From: an uncultured Candidatus Bathyarchaeia archaeon
GTDB lineage: Archaea; Thermoproteota; Bathyarchaeia; Bathyarchaeales; CAZOCN01
DNA: 34,283 bases
NCBI GenBank assembly: GCA_964578315.1
Contig: CAZOCN010000002.1
Span: 1 to 34,283, forward strand
Direction of reading: 5' to 3'
Shown: in pieces, positions 16,675-25,988 of the stretch
How the letters are laid out: each line of letters starts with the position of its first letter
How positions within the stretch are numbered: position 1 is the first letter of the stretch
Program-made: the position numbers and the translations under genes
The notes under the pieces: model-generated
What the model was told of the DNA's origin: nothing
What the model saw: the letters and a program-made list of their open reading frames with translations, nothing else
Databases searched by the model: none

Positions 16675-18450
16675 CTATCTCGCTCCGGCTCCTCCGCCGC
16701 CGAACCCTCCGCCAGCTCCAAAACCTCCGCCTGCCCCTCCGCCTCTCCCACTGGATGGTGGAGCGATGAATATCACTGGCCTGAAGAGCAGGGGTATGCT
16801 GGTGGCTATATCCGCCTCGATCATGGGTATTTCCAGTTCCTTCATGGCTTCAACGACTTTATCGCCTACTCCGAGGGATGTACCGTAAATAAGCCATTCA
16901 CCCCATATTGAGAGGTCTTGTGGGGCATAGCGCCGTATCATGGCTAGGTCTGACAGGAATCTTCTGAAGGAGTCCCATTCAAGCTTCTCCTTATAGGCTG
17001 AACCCTTCCACCTCCCGAAGAGTGTTGAAGGAGCTACTACGGCGACTATGGACTGGATTAGGAGCACAATTGATCCTAGGAGGGCGTCCAAGCTCATCGA
17101 TGTCATATAGGGAAGCGTTACTATGAGAAGAACAGAGATTAGGAGTAACGCTCCAGACAACCCTGCGAGTATTCCAACCCTCTTCCTACCGCTGATCATG
17201 AACTTTGAGGCTATCCTGAAACTCGGCTTCCTAGTTACATATTTGACGTCGCGAATTAGCTTGGATAGTTCTCTTCTACTCCTCTTGAATTCCTCTATCA
17301 GGCTATCAAGAGTGTCTGTGTCTAAGATCTCTCCATAAGAAAGACTTCTCAGAACCTTCAGAACGCGTCGTTCATAAGCATCATCGACATTCGAGTCTAG
17401 AATGCGGATAATCAAACCCTTGTTTTTAGGGGTTATCTGGAGTTTACCTCTTCTGTGGAGGTCTAAGAGTGTAGCGTAGAAACCGTTCTCATCAAAATCC
17501 AGCGCGTCGCTCTTAAATACTAGATTCACAACCCAAGGCTTCCTGTCTCGATTCGGAACATAGCTTAGATACTTCGGAACAGTGAAACTCTTCTCCTTTC
17601 CATGCCTAACGTATATGAATATGAGAATGAGAGGGATAGCTAAGATTAGAATTTTTACAAGAACTCTAAAGGCTTCTAGGAAGAGGTACTGGGCTGAATT
17701 GAACATATTAGCTTGGACAGTTGCCTGCTCTACATTGTCAACGTCCTTTACGAAACCATCTAGAACCTCCAAAACATCAGGTTTTAGGAGCAGCTCAACC
17801 TCAAGCAGCTCGTCTCTACTGCTACTACCTTGGATCTCTAGAAAATTCCCTTCAACGATCTTTAAGGATGGTGGATGCGGGTATACCTCCTTTACAAATC
17901 CTTTATCCTCCACGGAGACTGTAACTCGCAAGTAGGGCAGATGCTCATCGGCGAGCTTGAGGTTTAGATGGCATAAGCGTCCATCGTATTCGATCGGAGG
18001 ATGAATCCTAAAAACGTATCTTACTCTATACTTGCCAGCTTCAAACTTAGAAGGATTGAAGCAGCCAACCTCATCAAACTCAGCTAAGGCTTGTATCTCC
18101 CTGAGATAAGAGGATGCCCAGACAACACCTAAATAGTCTTTAATGTACCCTACGGAGCCCTCAGGAGCCTCTATACCTAAGACTTCGATGTAGGGGTAGT
18201 CGATGCTTTTTAGTGATACTGGAGCGTCCCAGATTCTATAAAGCATTCTATACTTATTGGATTCCTTAACATCGTATAGGTAGTCCTCAACTAATGTTCC
18301 GTTAAGGTATAAGGTCGCGTGGTACTCCTCAACAACAACGTCACCGCTCATAAAAAGGGCGGTAGGAACATACTGGGATAACGCTAAGCCTACGACACCT
18401 ATTGAGATCGTGAGTAAGAGAACGATGGATAGTTGTTTAACCTCACCCAT
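16675..18450 (-). CDS. DUF2207-family membrane protein with a Gly-rich C-terminal tail
   Basis: 591 aa with an N-terminal signal/TM, a large extracytoplasmic domain, 3-4 further TM helices, and the tail GRGGGAGGGFGAGGGFGGGGAGAR. It sits 9 nt downstream of lemA. Confidence 0.75.
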   Translation of the reverse strand: MGEVKQLSIVLLLTISIGVVGLALSQYVPTALFMSGDVVVEEYHATLYLNGTLVEDYLYDVKESNKYRMLYRIWDAPVSLKSIDYPYIEVLGIEAPEGSVGYIKDYLGVVWASSYLREIQALAEFDEVGCFNPSKFEAGKYRVRYVFRIHPPIEYDGRLCHLNLKLADEHLPYLRVTVSVEDKGFVKEVYPHPPSLKIVEGNFLEIQGSSSRDELLEVELLLKPDVLEVLDGFVKDVDNVEQATVQANMFNSAQYLFLEAFRVLVKILILAIPLILIFIYVRHGKEKSFTVPKYLSYVPNRDRKPWVVNLVFKSDALDFDENGFYATLLDLHRRGKLQITPKNKGLIIRILDSNVDDAYERRVLKVLRSLSYGEILDTDTLDSLIEEFKRSRRELSKLIRDVKYVTRKPSFRIASKFMISGRKRVGILAGLSGALLLISVLLIVTLPYMTSMSLDALLGSIVLLIQSIVAVVAPSTLFGRWKGSAYKEKLEWDSFRRFLSDLAMIRRYAPQDLSIWGEWLIYGTSLGVGDKVVEAMKELEIPMIEADIATSIPLLFRPVIFIAPPSSGRGGGAGGGFGAGGGFGGGGAGAR

Positions 18451-18459
18451 ATACCCACC

Positions 18460-19044
18460 CTAGAACTTAATCTCCGGTCTCCTCTCTATCTCCTCTTCAA
18501 ACTTCAAGTACTCCATCTTGACCATGCCTTGTGAGGAAGCTACAAACTTTGAGGGGATAGTGTCGAGCATAATATTGTACTCTTGAACAATGTTGTTATA
18601 TGTGTACCTATGCCTCGCGATTTCACCCTCAATATCCCTAACAGAATCCATAAGCTTCGAAACGGTTTCTGAAGTTTTCAAATCGGGATAACTCTCAGCC
18701 ACAGCCACTATGCCGCCTAATATCCTCCTTGATTCACGGTCAATTTCACTGAGACCGCCGGCACCGGTCTTGAAGACTTCCGTTCTTAAACTCGTTACCT
18801 TCTCGAAGGTCTCCCTCTCGAACTTAGCGTAGCTTTTAACAGCCTCTAGAAGTTGCTCTATCATGTCAAGTCTCTTCTTCAGGGCAACTCTGACTTGTCC
18901 TAGAGTGGCATTAGCAGAGTTCCTTAGTCTGTAAAGCCTGTTATAGACAGAAACAAAATAGAGAAGTAGACCGATGGCAACAATGACCAGAACTACTACA
19001 ATCAAGATTGTTAAGATGTCCATGATAAATCTATATAAACGCAA
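18460..19044 (-). CDS. lemA: LemA family protein
   Basis: One N-terminal TM helix, then YNRLYRLRN...[37 protein letters not shown], the typical LemA core. Confidence 0.85.
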   Translation of the reverse strand: MRLYRFIMDILTILIVVVLVIVAIGLLLYFVSVYNRLYRLRNSANATLGQVRVALKKRLDMIEQLLEAVKSYAKFERETFEKVTSLRTEVFKTGAGGLSEIDRESRRILGGIVAVAESYPDLKTSETVSKLMDSVRDIEGEIARHRYTYNNIVQEYNIMLDTIPSKFVASSQGMVKMEYLKFEEEIERRPEIKF

Positions 19045-19111
19045 AAGAAGATATAGATCTTTCCATACCTGAAGAAATTCTACTTTTAAAAAGGAGGGGA
19101 GAATATCGAGG

Positions 19112-19657
19112 TTAGTATTCGATACCTCTGCGGGCTGAGACTCCTCTCTTCATCGGATGTTTTATTTCACGCATCTCCGTCACAAGGTCCGCGTGGTCTA
19201 TCAACTCTTTAGGAGCCTTTCTACCCGTTAACACAACCACCGTGGACTCTGGAATATCCTCTAAAAACTCTATGACATCCTCCAATTTCAGGAGGCCGAT
19301 TCCAACAGCGAGGTTTATCTCGTCTAGAATTAGGAGGCGGGGTTTCTGCTGCAGGGCTTTCCTTGCAAAGGCGAGACCTTTCTCAGCTAATTCATAGTCC
19401 ACCGGTTCAGGTTTCTTCAGATCTACGAATTCCTTACGGCCAAACTGGTATATTTCATACTCTGGACTGAGGCGCTTCCTTATCTTGAATTCGCCTATAT
19501 CCTTCCTACCCTTCATAAATTGTATAATGATGACCTTATAGCCGTGTCCAACAGCTCTTAAGGCGAGGCCGAAGGCGGTTATAGACTTTCCTTCCCCTTC
19601 ACCCGTGTAGAGGTGGACTAGACCCCTCCTCCCTTTAGCCCTAGTTTTACTGGACAA
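19112..19657 (-). CDS. cobO: Cob(I)yrinic acid a,c-diamide / corrinoid adenosyltransferase (CobA/CobO/BtuR family)
   Basis: [53 protein letters not shown], and the C-terminal [16 protein letters not shown]. Confidence 0.88.
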   Translation of the reverse strand: MSSKTRAKGRRGLVHLYTGEGEGKSITAFGLALRAVGHGYKVIIIQFMKGRKDIGEFKIRKRLSPEYEIYQFGRKEFVDLKKPEPVDYELAEKGLAFARKALQQKPRLLILDEINLAVGIGLLKLEDVIEFLEDIPESTVVVLTGRKAPKELIDHADLVTEMREIKHPMKRGVSARRGIEY

Positions 19658-21847
19658 CTAGAATAGGCACACTCCTGTTGGACAACCTCCAGCATATTCC
19701 GAACTCACTGTGATGTAGGGTTCGGAGCTGTTTGAGGTGGAGGGGCCGCCTACATACAGCACCTGCTCCTCTTTACTCCCATACCTGTACACCGTTATGC
19801 CTTTACACTTCAATTTGTAGGCGAGGAAGAATATCCTTCTAACATCCTCTAACGTCGCCTCATATGGAAGATTCACGGTCTTCGCTACCGCGTTATCAAC
19901 ATACTTCTGGAAAGCCGCCTGCATCCTCACATGCCATTCAGGCTCAATATCTAAGGCTGTAACGAAAACCTGCCTCACATCCGGAGGCACCTCCTTCATC
20001 CCCTGTATCGATCCCCTCCTAGCTATCTCCGTCAGTAACTCTGTACTGTAAAAGCCCCTCTCCTTAGCCATCTCCTCAAAAAGAGAGTTTACTTCAAAGA
20101 GTTGTGTGCCCATGACGTTTCGCATAAAGGATATCGCGAAGAGAGGTTCTATGCTACTGGATGTGTTGGCGATTATGCTTATGGAGCCTGTAGGTGCAAT
20201 TGTAGTTAGGGTGGCGTTACGGAGACTTCTGAAACCCTTCTTTCTCCATATGCTTCCATCGAAGTTGGGGAAGGAACCTCTCTCCTCTGCCATCTCCACC
20301 GATTTCTCTTTAGCGGTTCTATCGATGAAACCCATGATCTTCTCAGCCAAGTTTAGGGCTTCTTCAGAGTTGTAGGGGATGCCTATCTTGATGAGTAACT
20401 CTGCGAAGCCCATCACTCCAAGCCCAATCTTCCTATTCGCCTTCGTCTTCTCTTCAATTATGGCTAAGGGATAACGATTCGCGTCGATGACGTTATCTAA
20501 GAAGTGGACGGCGGTCCTTACGGTTCTCCGCAGCTTCTCCCAGTCGACCTCTCCGTCTCTAGTCATCTTCGAGAGGTTTACGGAGCCTAGATTACAGGAT
20601 TCATAAGGCAGTAGGGGGACTTCACCGCAGGGATTCGTACTCTCGATGGCTCCTAACTGAGGCGTGGGATTGTGGCGGTTTATCTCATCGATGAATACTA
20701 TGCCGGGGTCCCCGGTTCTCCAGGCCATAGTAACCATGAGGTCAAATACATCCTTTGCTTTTAGTCGCCTAACCGGCTTCCCTGTGCGAGGGTTGATTAG
20801 GTCATACTCCTCATTTTCCATTACAGCCCTCATGAAATCATCGGTTACGGCTACAGATATGTTGAAGTTGGAGAGGACACCTTCCTTCTCCTTAGCTGTA
20901 ATGAACTCTACAATGTCAGGGTGATCCACTCTTAGGATTCCCATATTCGCACCTCTTCGTTTGCCACCTTGTTTTATAACCTCCGTTGCTGTGTCGAAGA
21001 CGCGCATAAAGGAGACCGGGCCGCTAGCTACACCTTTAGTGGATTTCACTATGTCCCCTTTCGGTCTGAGTCTGCTGAAGGAGAAACCTGTCCCGCCTCC
21101 TGACTTGTGGATTAAAGCCATGAACTTCAAAGCGTCGAATATAGCGTTTATCGAATCTTCAACTGGTAGGACGAAGCATGCGGAGAGCTGTCCTATGTCA
21201 GTTCCCGCATTCATGAGAGTTGGGGAGTTAGGAAGAAACTCAAGGTTTTTCATCACTCTCAAGAATTCTTCCTCTACCCCTTTAACATCATTAGTCCCGT
21301 AGAGAGCATCTACTTTTGCGATTGCCTTAGCTACTCTCATGAACATCGCTGAGGGGGACTCTACGATGTTTCCATCCTCGTCCTTTAGGAGGTACCTCCG
21401 CTCCAGCAGCCTCACGGCGTTAAGAGACAGCTTCAAGTCGTCCTTAACACCTAGGAGGCTCTTAGCCTCTCTGAGCTCCGTTCTCTTCCGCCGGTAGAGG
21501 ATATAGGCCTTAGCGATCTTGTAATAACCGTTCTTGATTAAAACTTCCTCCACGATATCCTGAACGTCCTCTACGGAAGGAACTCCACCCTTAAAGCGCT
21601 CATTTATCCTCTCAACCACCTGATTAGAAAGGCTTTCAGCAAGCCTCTTATCTCCACCCTCAACTGCTAATATCGCCTTATAAATGGCGTTTGTTATCTT
21701 ATTTTGGTCGAATTTAACGACTCGACCATCTCTTTTCCTAATTTTAGAGACAACCATCTCATTTTTCATATCATCATTTTTCTCCATAAATCTAGTCATC
21801 CTATTAAAATGTAAATCTTCACGTCTATTATTTGTTCCTAAAACCAA
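19658..21847 (-). CDS. nrdJ: Adenosylcobalamin-dependent (class II) ribonucleotide reductase with an N-terminal ATP-cone
   Basis: ATP-cone [23 protein letters not shown], then [23 protein letters not shown] and YESCNLGS. No intein. The maximal ORF starts at a TTG. The ATGs at 21799, 21787, 21769 and 21757 are more likely starts. Confidence 0.92.
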   Translation of the reverse strand: MVLGTNNRREDLHFNRMTRFMEKNDDMKNEMVVSKIRKRDGRVVKFDQNKITNAIYKAILAVEGGDKRLAESLSNQVVERINERFKGGVPSVEDVQDIVEEVLIKNGYYKIAKAYILYRRKRTELREAKSLLGVKDDLKLSLNAVRLLERRYLLKDEDGNIVESPSAMFMRVAKAIAKVDALYGTNDVKGVEEEFLRVMKNLEFLPNSPTLMNAGTDIGQLSACFVLPVEDSINAIFDALKFMALIHKSGGGTGFSFSRLRPKGDIVKSTKGVASGPVSFMRVFDTATEVIKQGGKRRGANMGILRVDHPDIVEFITAKEKEGVLSNFNISVAVTDDFMRAVMENEEYDLINPRTGKPVRRLKAKDVFDLMVTMAWRTGDPGIVFIDEINRHNPTPQLGAIESTNPCGEVPLLPYESCNLGSVNLSKMTRDGEVDWEKLRRTVRTAVHFLDNVIDANRYPLAIIEEKTKANRKIGLGVMGFAELLIKIGIPYNSEEALNLAEKIMGFIDRTAKEKSVEMAEERGSFPNFDGSIWRKKGFRSLRNATLTTIAPTGSISIIANTSSSIEPLFAISFMRNVMGTQLFEVNSLFEEMAKERGFYSTELLTEIARRGSIQGMKEVPPDVRQVFVTALDIEPEWHVRMQAAFQKYVDNAVAKTVNLPYEATLEDVRRIFFLAYKLKCKGITVYRYGSKEEQVLYVGGPSTSNSSEPYITVSSEYAGGCPTGVCLF

Positions 21848-21926
21848 GAGGGAAGTTCCTATGCCGAAGGATAAAATGTAACGTTTATTCTTAGAGAGCC
21901 GTTTTCTCCTCTCATTGAATGGTGTA

Positions 21927-21953
21927 TATAGCCCCTCTATTTGAAGTCTAATA
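21927..21953 (-). repeat. Copy B of the exact 27-bp repeat (reads TATTAGACTTCAAATAGAGGGGCTATA on the minus strand)
   Basis: Reverse complement of 21927-21953 equals 160-186, 27/27. Confidence 0.9.
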
Positions 21954-21983
21954 GATTTCTGGCGATTAGACGGGGAAATAGAG
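21935..21983. promoter_or_regulatory. 49-bp interrupted palindrome: CTCTATTT-GAA-GTCTAAT / 12-nt spacer / ATTAGAC-GGGG-AAATAGAG. The left arm lies inside repeat copy B. Candidate operator in the divergent nrdJ / ykgJ-like control region.
   Basis: 7 + 8 complementary bp on each side of a 12-nt spacer, read directly. TATATA at 21925-21930 flanks the left arm. Confidence 0.5.
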
Positions 21984-22100
21984 CCGTTTGTGAGGGTTTC
22001 TGGTTTTATCTTCTCCTATAAGATTTATATTTTCTCTTTCAATTTAGAAAATTGCTCTGTAGGTGTTCCGTGGATTTCCACTGTTAGAAAGGTGACTTGA

Positions 22101-22625
22101 ATGCGGCCTCTGCCTTGGCGGTATGTTGAGGACTGGAATTGCATAAACTGCGGGCTATGCTGTAGAGGATACAGTGTGGTTCTGAACTTTAACGAGTGGC
22201 TTAACATAATAAAAACCTACGGTGTAGGAGCGACAGAAGCCTCCCTGAATCGTTTTTACCTCGGTAAAAAAGCGGATGGAAGCTGCCTCTTCCTCGGTAA
22301 AATTGGAGATAGATATTACTGTGCTCTCCAATCCATGAAGCCGAGAGCTTGTAAACTCTGGCCCTTCAAGATCACTAGTAAACCAAAATTTGGAAGAGAC
22401 AAAGAGGCAGGGTATGATTATGGTCAAAAGAGGATCTACATCTACGTTGATCCCTTCTGTAGGGGGATAAGATGGGGCACACCTAGTGCTAGGCTGAGAT
22501 ATAAGGTTCTGCCAGAGTTCATCGAGATAGCGCTGAGACTACGAGAAAAACAAGTCTACACCACAGCCAATTTACCCTACGATCCATTTTACCTGAAACT
22601 GAAACATGAGAGGAGACTAATTTAA
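22101..22625 (+). CDS. YkgJ-family (CxxCxxCC) cysteine-cluster protein, putative Fe-S/Zn protein
   Basis: CINCGLCCRG, and then CLFLG...YYCALQSMKPRACKLWPF. AGGTGA lies 5 nt upstream of the ATG. Confidence 0.72.
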   Translation: MRPLPWRYVEDWNCINCGLCCRGYSVVLNFNEWLNIIKTYGVGATEASLNRFYLGKKADGSCLFLGKIGDRYYCALQSMKPRACKLWPFKITSKPKFGRDKEAGYDYGQKRIYIYVDPFCRGIRWGTPSARLRYKVLPEFIEIALRLREKQVYTTANLPYDPFYLKLKHERRLI

Positions 22626-22708
22626 ACATATTCTCCCTTTAAGAAACTATTCAGAAAACGTGAAAGCGATCAGTCTAAATTGTGGTTCTATACATTAGAC
22701 TGTTGTCT

Positions 22709-23302
22709 TCAGGGAAGAGAGGAGGCTACTGCTAAAGCTCCCTCCATGGCCTTCCATCGGTCAACTCCTGAGACAACTAGAAGGGCGTCTCCATCCTGCA
22801 GGTTGAAAGTCTCTAGGAGTTTCTCTGCAGCCGATGGGAAGACCTCGAGGAGGTTTGAATAGACCATCGGCACTGAGAGAACGCCCTCTTTGTAGGTTAT
22901 TATTGTAGTGCCGAGGGCTCCCGCACGGATGGCTTCATCCCTGTATCTCAAAACAGAGTCGAATAACGAGGCTTTTTTGGGCAGATGCGCTACAACGGTA
23001 TACGGTCCTGTCTCAAGGTCCTTCAAGTCTAGATCACGAATGACAGCTATGCCGAGTTTATCGAGGCGCTTTTTTAGAAGCATTTCTCCTTTCCGAGTGA
23101 GGGTTGCCCCCTGAGCTCCGCTCCTAATGAACTCGGAGGACTTCAACTCTTTTAACATGAGTTTTACAACGCCCTCGTGTTCGGAGAGGCCCAGCATATC
23201 CTTTAACCGATATCTGCCGACTGGCCCCTTTAGGCTGAGAATTAAGAGGATTAGGGTCTCTTTGAGTTCTGAACGCTTCTTCCTTTTCCCTCTTCTAGGC
23301 AT
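22709..23302 (-). CDS. Putative winged-helix DNA-binding protein with an uncharacterised C-terminal domain (possibly DUF4443-like)
   Basis: Basic N-terminus, then LILLILSLKGPVGRYRLKDMLGLSEHEGVVKLMLKELKSSEFI, a wHTH-like pattern. The family name is from memory only. Confidence 0.45.
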   Translation of the reverse strand: MPRRGKRKKRSELKETLILLILSLKGPVGRYRLKDMLGLSEHEGVVKLMLKELKSSEFIRSGAQGATLTRKGEMLLKKRLDKLGIAVIRDLDLKDLETGPYTVVAHLPKKASLFDSVLRYRDEAIRAGALGTTIITYKEGVLSVPMVYSNLLEVFPSAAEKLLETFNLQDGDALLVVSGVDRWKAMEGALAVASSLP

Positions 23303-23368
23303 CGACTAAACCACAATATAGAGGTAATGGATCTTACTAGATTACTCTTTCCACTTTGAGGCCCGCTT

Positions 23369-24487
23369 TTATCTCCTTCGTTTTCCTTCGATGAACTCTT
23401 CCACCCATTCCCTAGCTTGAGAATCCGGAACTTGAACCGGAGGGTGCTTGAAGGCATAGGAGGAGATGCTCACTAGGGGACCTCCGACTCCTCGGTCTAA
23501 AGCGAGCTTCATGGCTCGGATAACATCGATCACTACACCAGCACTATTAGGAGAGTCCTCCACCTCCAACTTTAGAGTTATATTCACCGGTTGATCACCG
23601 AAGTTTGAACCTCTCAAGTAAACGTAACAGATCTTCCTATCCCCAAGGAAAGGGACATAATCTGATGGGCCTATCCTCGTAGGGATCTCATAGGGGACTA
23701 CGCTCGTAACGGCTTGGGTCTTACTAATCCTCTTTGAGGAGAGCCTACTCTCCACAGTCATATTCTCGAAGTCTGTGTTTCCCCCCAAGTTGAGCTGATA
23801 AGTCTCCTTAACCTTAACCCCTCTATCTACACATAGACGGACGACGTTACGGTGGAGGATTGTGGCTCCTATCTGACTTTTGACGTCGTCCCCCGCAGCT
23901 GGTATACCTTCCTTCTCAAACCTCTTCGCCCATTCAGGAACGGAGACGATGAACTCTGGAATGCAGTTGACGAAGCCGCAACCTGCCTCCAACGCTGAAG
24001 AGGCGTAAAAACACGTGGCTTTCTTGCTACCCACTGGAAGGTAGTTAAGGAGCATGTCAGCGTCGGTTTCTTTCAGAACCTCCGAAACCTCCACAGCCTC
24101 CCCCTCGTGGACGTTAAATGATTCTCTCATGTGCGGAGCTACACCGTCTAGGACGGGTGCAGCTTGAACCTTTACGCCAAGACTTGGAACCTCTGCGAAT
24201 CTGGCGCAGCAGTTCGGTTCGGTGAATATGGCTTCGCTGAGGTCCTTTCCAATCTTTTTTCTGTTAACGTCGAAGGCTGCAACAAACTTGATGTCTCTTA
24301 TTCGGTATCCCCCGAAGACAGCGTGCATTAAGCCGGGGATCTTCACGTCCTCGCCTACATTCTTATAATACTCCACTCCCTGCACCAGCGCTGAAGCGCA
24401 GTTTCCAATACCAGCTATAGCCACACGGATCTCCGTCGAGGTCTTCACCGCCTTAATCACGAATATACCCCAAGATGTCTCTTTCAC
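23369..24487 (-). CDS. ino1: myo-Inositol-1-phosphate synthase (archaeal short type)
   Basis: IRVAIAGIGNCASALVQGVEYYK, LPVGSKKAT, NLGGNTDF and SKRISKTQ. Confidence 0.88.
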   Translation of the reverse strand: MKETSWGIFVIKAVKTSTEIRVAIAGIGNCASALVQGVEYYKNVGEDVKIPGLMHAVFGGYRIRDIKFVAAFDVNRKKIGKDLSEAIFTEPNCCARFAEVPSLGVKVQAAPVLDGVAPHMRESFNVHEGEAVEVSEVLKETDADMLLNYLPVGSKKATCFYASSALEAGCGFVNCIPEFIVSVPEWAKRFEKEGIPAAGDDVKSQIGATILHRNVVRLCVDRGVKVKETYQLNLGGNTDFENMTVESRLSSKRISKTQAVTSVVPYEIPTRIGPSDYVPFLGDRKICYVYLRGSNFGDQPVNITLKLEVEDSPNSAGVVIDVIRAMKLALDRGVGGPLVSISSYAFKHPPVQVPDSQAREWVEEFIEGKRRR

Positions 24488-24542
24488 TCTCTTTATACTT
24501 TTTCCTCATTAATGACGAAAACATCTAGACATGAGGAACTCT

Positions 24543-25424
24543 TTATTCGCGAAAGACTAAAGCACGTCTAGAACGTGTGGACCTTATGAGGACTACAGGC
24601 TTATGAGTAGCTTTTTCCAACATCTCCCATGTTACGGAGTCGACTGGGACACCGAAGGCTGAAGCCATCCCAACTATCGTCCTACTCACCCCGTGCCCCC
24701 GCGCCCTATTCGCTACCTCAGCTAACTTGAGGGCTTCCTCCGGACTTATCTCCTCCCCTGAAACTGCCAGTGGGGTCGCGTTCATCTCCAACCTCAACAT
24801 CCTACCTAAGAGGTAGGCTAGAAAGCCGCCGAAGGAGTGGATTCCCCTCACTTGTGTAGAGCGAGGTGTAAAGTGGAGACGCCCCAAACTGTACGTTTTA
24901 TCCGTATCAGATATTAAGACAGTAACTTTAACACCTAACTTCTTGAGTAACGCGTCTCTTATCTTCTCCGTCCACACGTACGGGTTGGAGAGGGGAAGAG
25001 CGACGTAACTGTAGGGGAGGTTCGTCCCGTCTATTCCCCCCTCAGACCCGAACATGAGGGCGTTTAGGAGACCTGTATGGAGGAGAACTACTTGCTTGTG
25101 ACGACTACCCTCCGAGAGGGGATAGTTCCTTATCCGCTCCAGAGTCTCCTCACGGAGCCTGCTGAGACGCCCTAGGAAGAAACCCCATACGATGCGTGTC
25201 CAGAACCCTGCCAGAAGACGCGCCATAAAACCCGCCTTCACATCGCCCTCGTCAAGTAGGTTCCCTAGGGCAGTTGAGACCGCTTTCTCCGAGACCACTA
25301 CATAGTCGCCATCCCTAATTTTACCTTTAACGGCCTCGATTATGGACTCTATGAAATTAACTCCCGGTCTCCAGTAAGGGACAGTAAGGGGAAGAGCCTT
25401 GTACCCCTTCAACCTTCCTTTCAA
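24543..25424 (-). CDS. Divergent CofE-like (F420-0:gamma-glutamyl ligase fold, COG1478-type) protein; function uncertain
   Basis: DGDYVVVSEKAVS, GGIDGTNLP and VTVLISDTDK resemble CofE blocks. The usual GRxxRxG block is not evident, and a hydrophobic insert (LLAGFWTRIVWGFFLG) is present. Confidence 0.45.
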   Translation of the reverse strand: MKGRLKGYKALPLTVPYWRPGVNFIESIIEAVKGKIRDGDYVVVSEKAVSTALGNLLDEGDVKAGFMARLLAGFWTRIVWGFFLGRLSRLREETLERIRNYPLSEGSRHKQVVLLHTGLLNALMFGSEGGIDGTNLPYSYVALPLSNPYVWTEKIRDALLKKLGVKVTVLISDTDKTYSLGRLHFTPRSTQVRGIHSFGGFLAYLLGRMLRLEMNATPLAVSGEEISPEEALKLAEVANRARGHGVSRTIVGMASAFGVPVDSVTWEMLEKATHKPVVLIRSTRSRRALVFRE

Positions 25425-25846
25425 TTTTCCTTGTCAGTTTGGTCCTTGGGAGTGTTAAATTCCTTTCGTTTAACCTCTACCTTCAGACTTTTAAGGGTGC
25501 ATTCTCTCCCAGAAGTTAATTCCACGGAGGCCTCTTTACATTTTGGACATCTCAGGGATAAGGGGACGTATAGGACGTGAATCTCCGGACCTCTGTAAAC
25601 GAGTGGTCCCTCATATCCGCATTTGGAGCAGCGTATTCGAGGTTCAACCTCCCGAATATGGAGCTCCGCTCCTTCGGCGATAGTTCCCTCCGTCAATACC
25701 GAATAAATAAAGCGGAGCTGTTCAATACTCAAGAAGGTCAACTTTCCAATCTCAAGGTCTACCTCAACTATTCTACTCGCTCCATGGTCCTTCGCTGCCT
25801 TGAAAGCGGCCTTCAAAATCGACTGCATCGCTGAAAATTCATGCAT
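25421..25846 (-). CDS. hypA: Hydrogenase/nickel-enzyme maturation factor HypA (Ni metallochaperone)
   Basis: N-terminal MHE nickel motif (MHEFSAMQSIL) and zinc-site pairs CSKC...CPKC. It overlaps the downstream gene by 4 nt. Confidence 0.9.
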   Translation of the reverse strand: MHEFSAMQSILKAAFKAAKDHGASRIVEVDLEIGKLTFLSIEQLRFIYSVLTEGTIAEGAELHIREVEPRIRCSKCGYEGPLVYRGPEIHVLYVPLSLRCPKCKEASVELTSGRECTLKSLKVEVKRKEFNTPKDQTDKEN

Positions 25847-25988
25847 TAGCTACGATCCCAACTTCCACTTTCCGTTAGAGATACTCCACTACACAAAAAT
25901 AAGGGTTTACGCCTTTTCGGAGCATACTTTAAAGTTTTATAATGAGGAGGGGGCTTATTGATGAGGGTATCCGGGTGGTTGCTCTGAA

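Noticed and set aside
160-21953. The two inverted 27-bp copies as terminal inverted repeats of a 21.8-kb mobile or invertible element
   Set aside because: The intervening DNA is ordinary housekeeping content (NAD synthesis, tRNA enzymes, primase, RNR). It has no transposase, integrase, recombinase or target-site duplication that I can see. Both copies sit at promoter-like positions instead.
22025-22207. 60-aa minus-strand ORF, and the 65-aa + strand ORF at 21684-21881, in the nrdJ/ykgJ control region
   Set aside because: Each overlaps the start of a supported gene on the opposite strand and extends into AT-rich promoter DNA. They are probably spurious.
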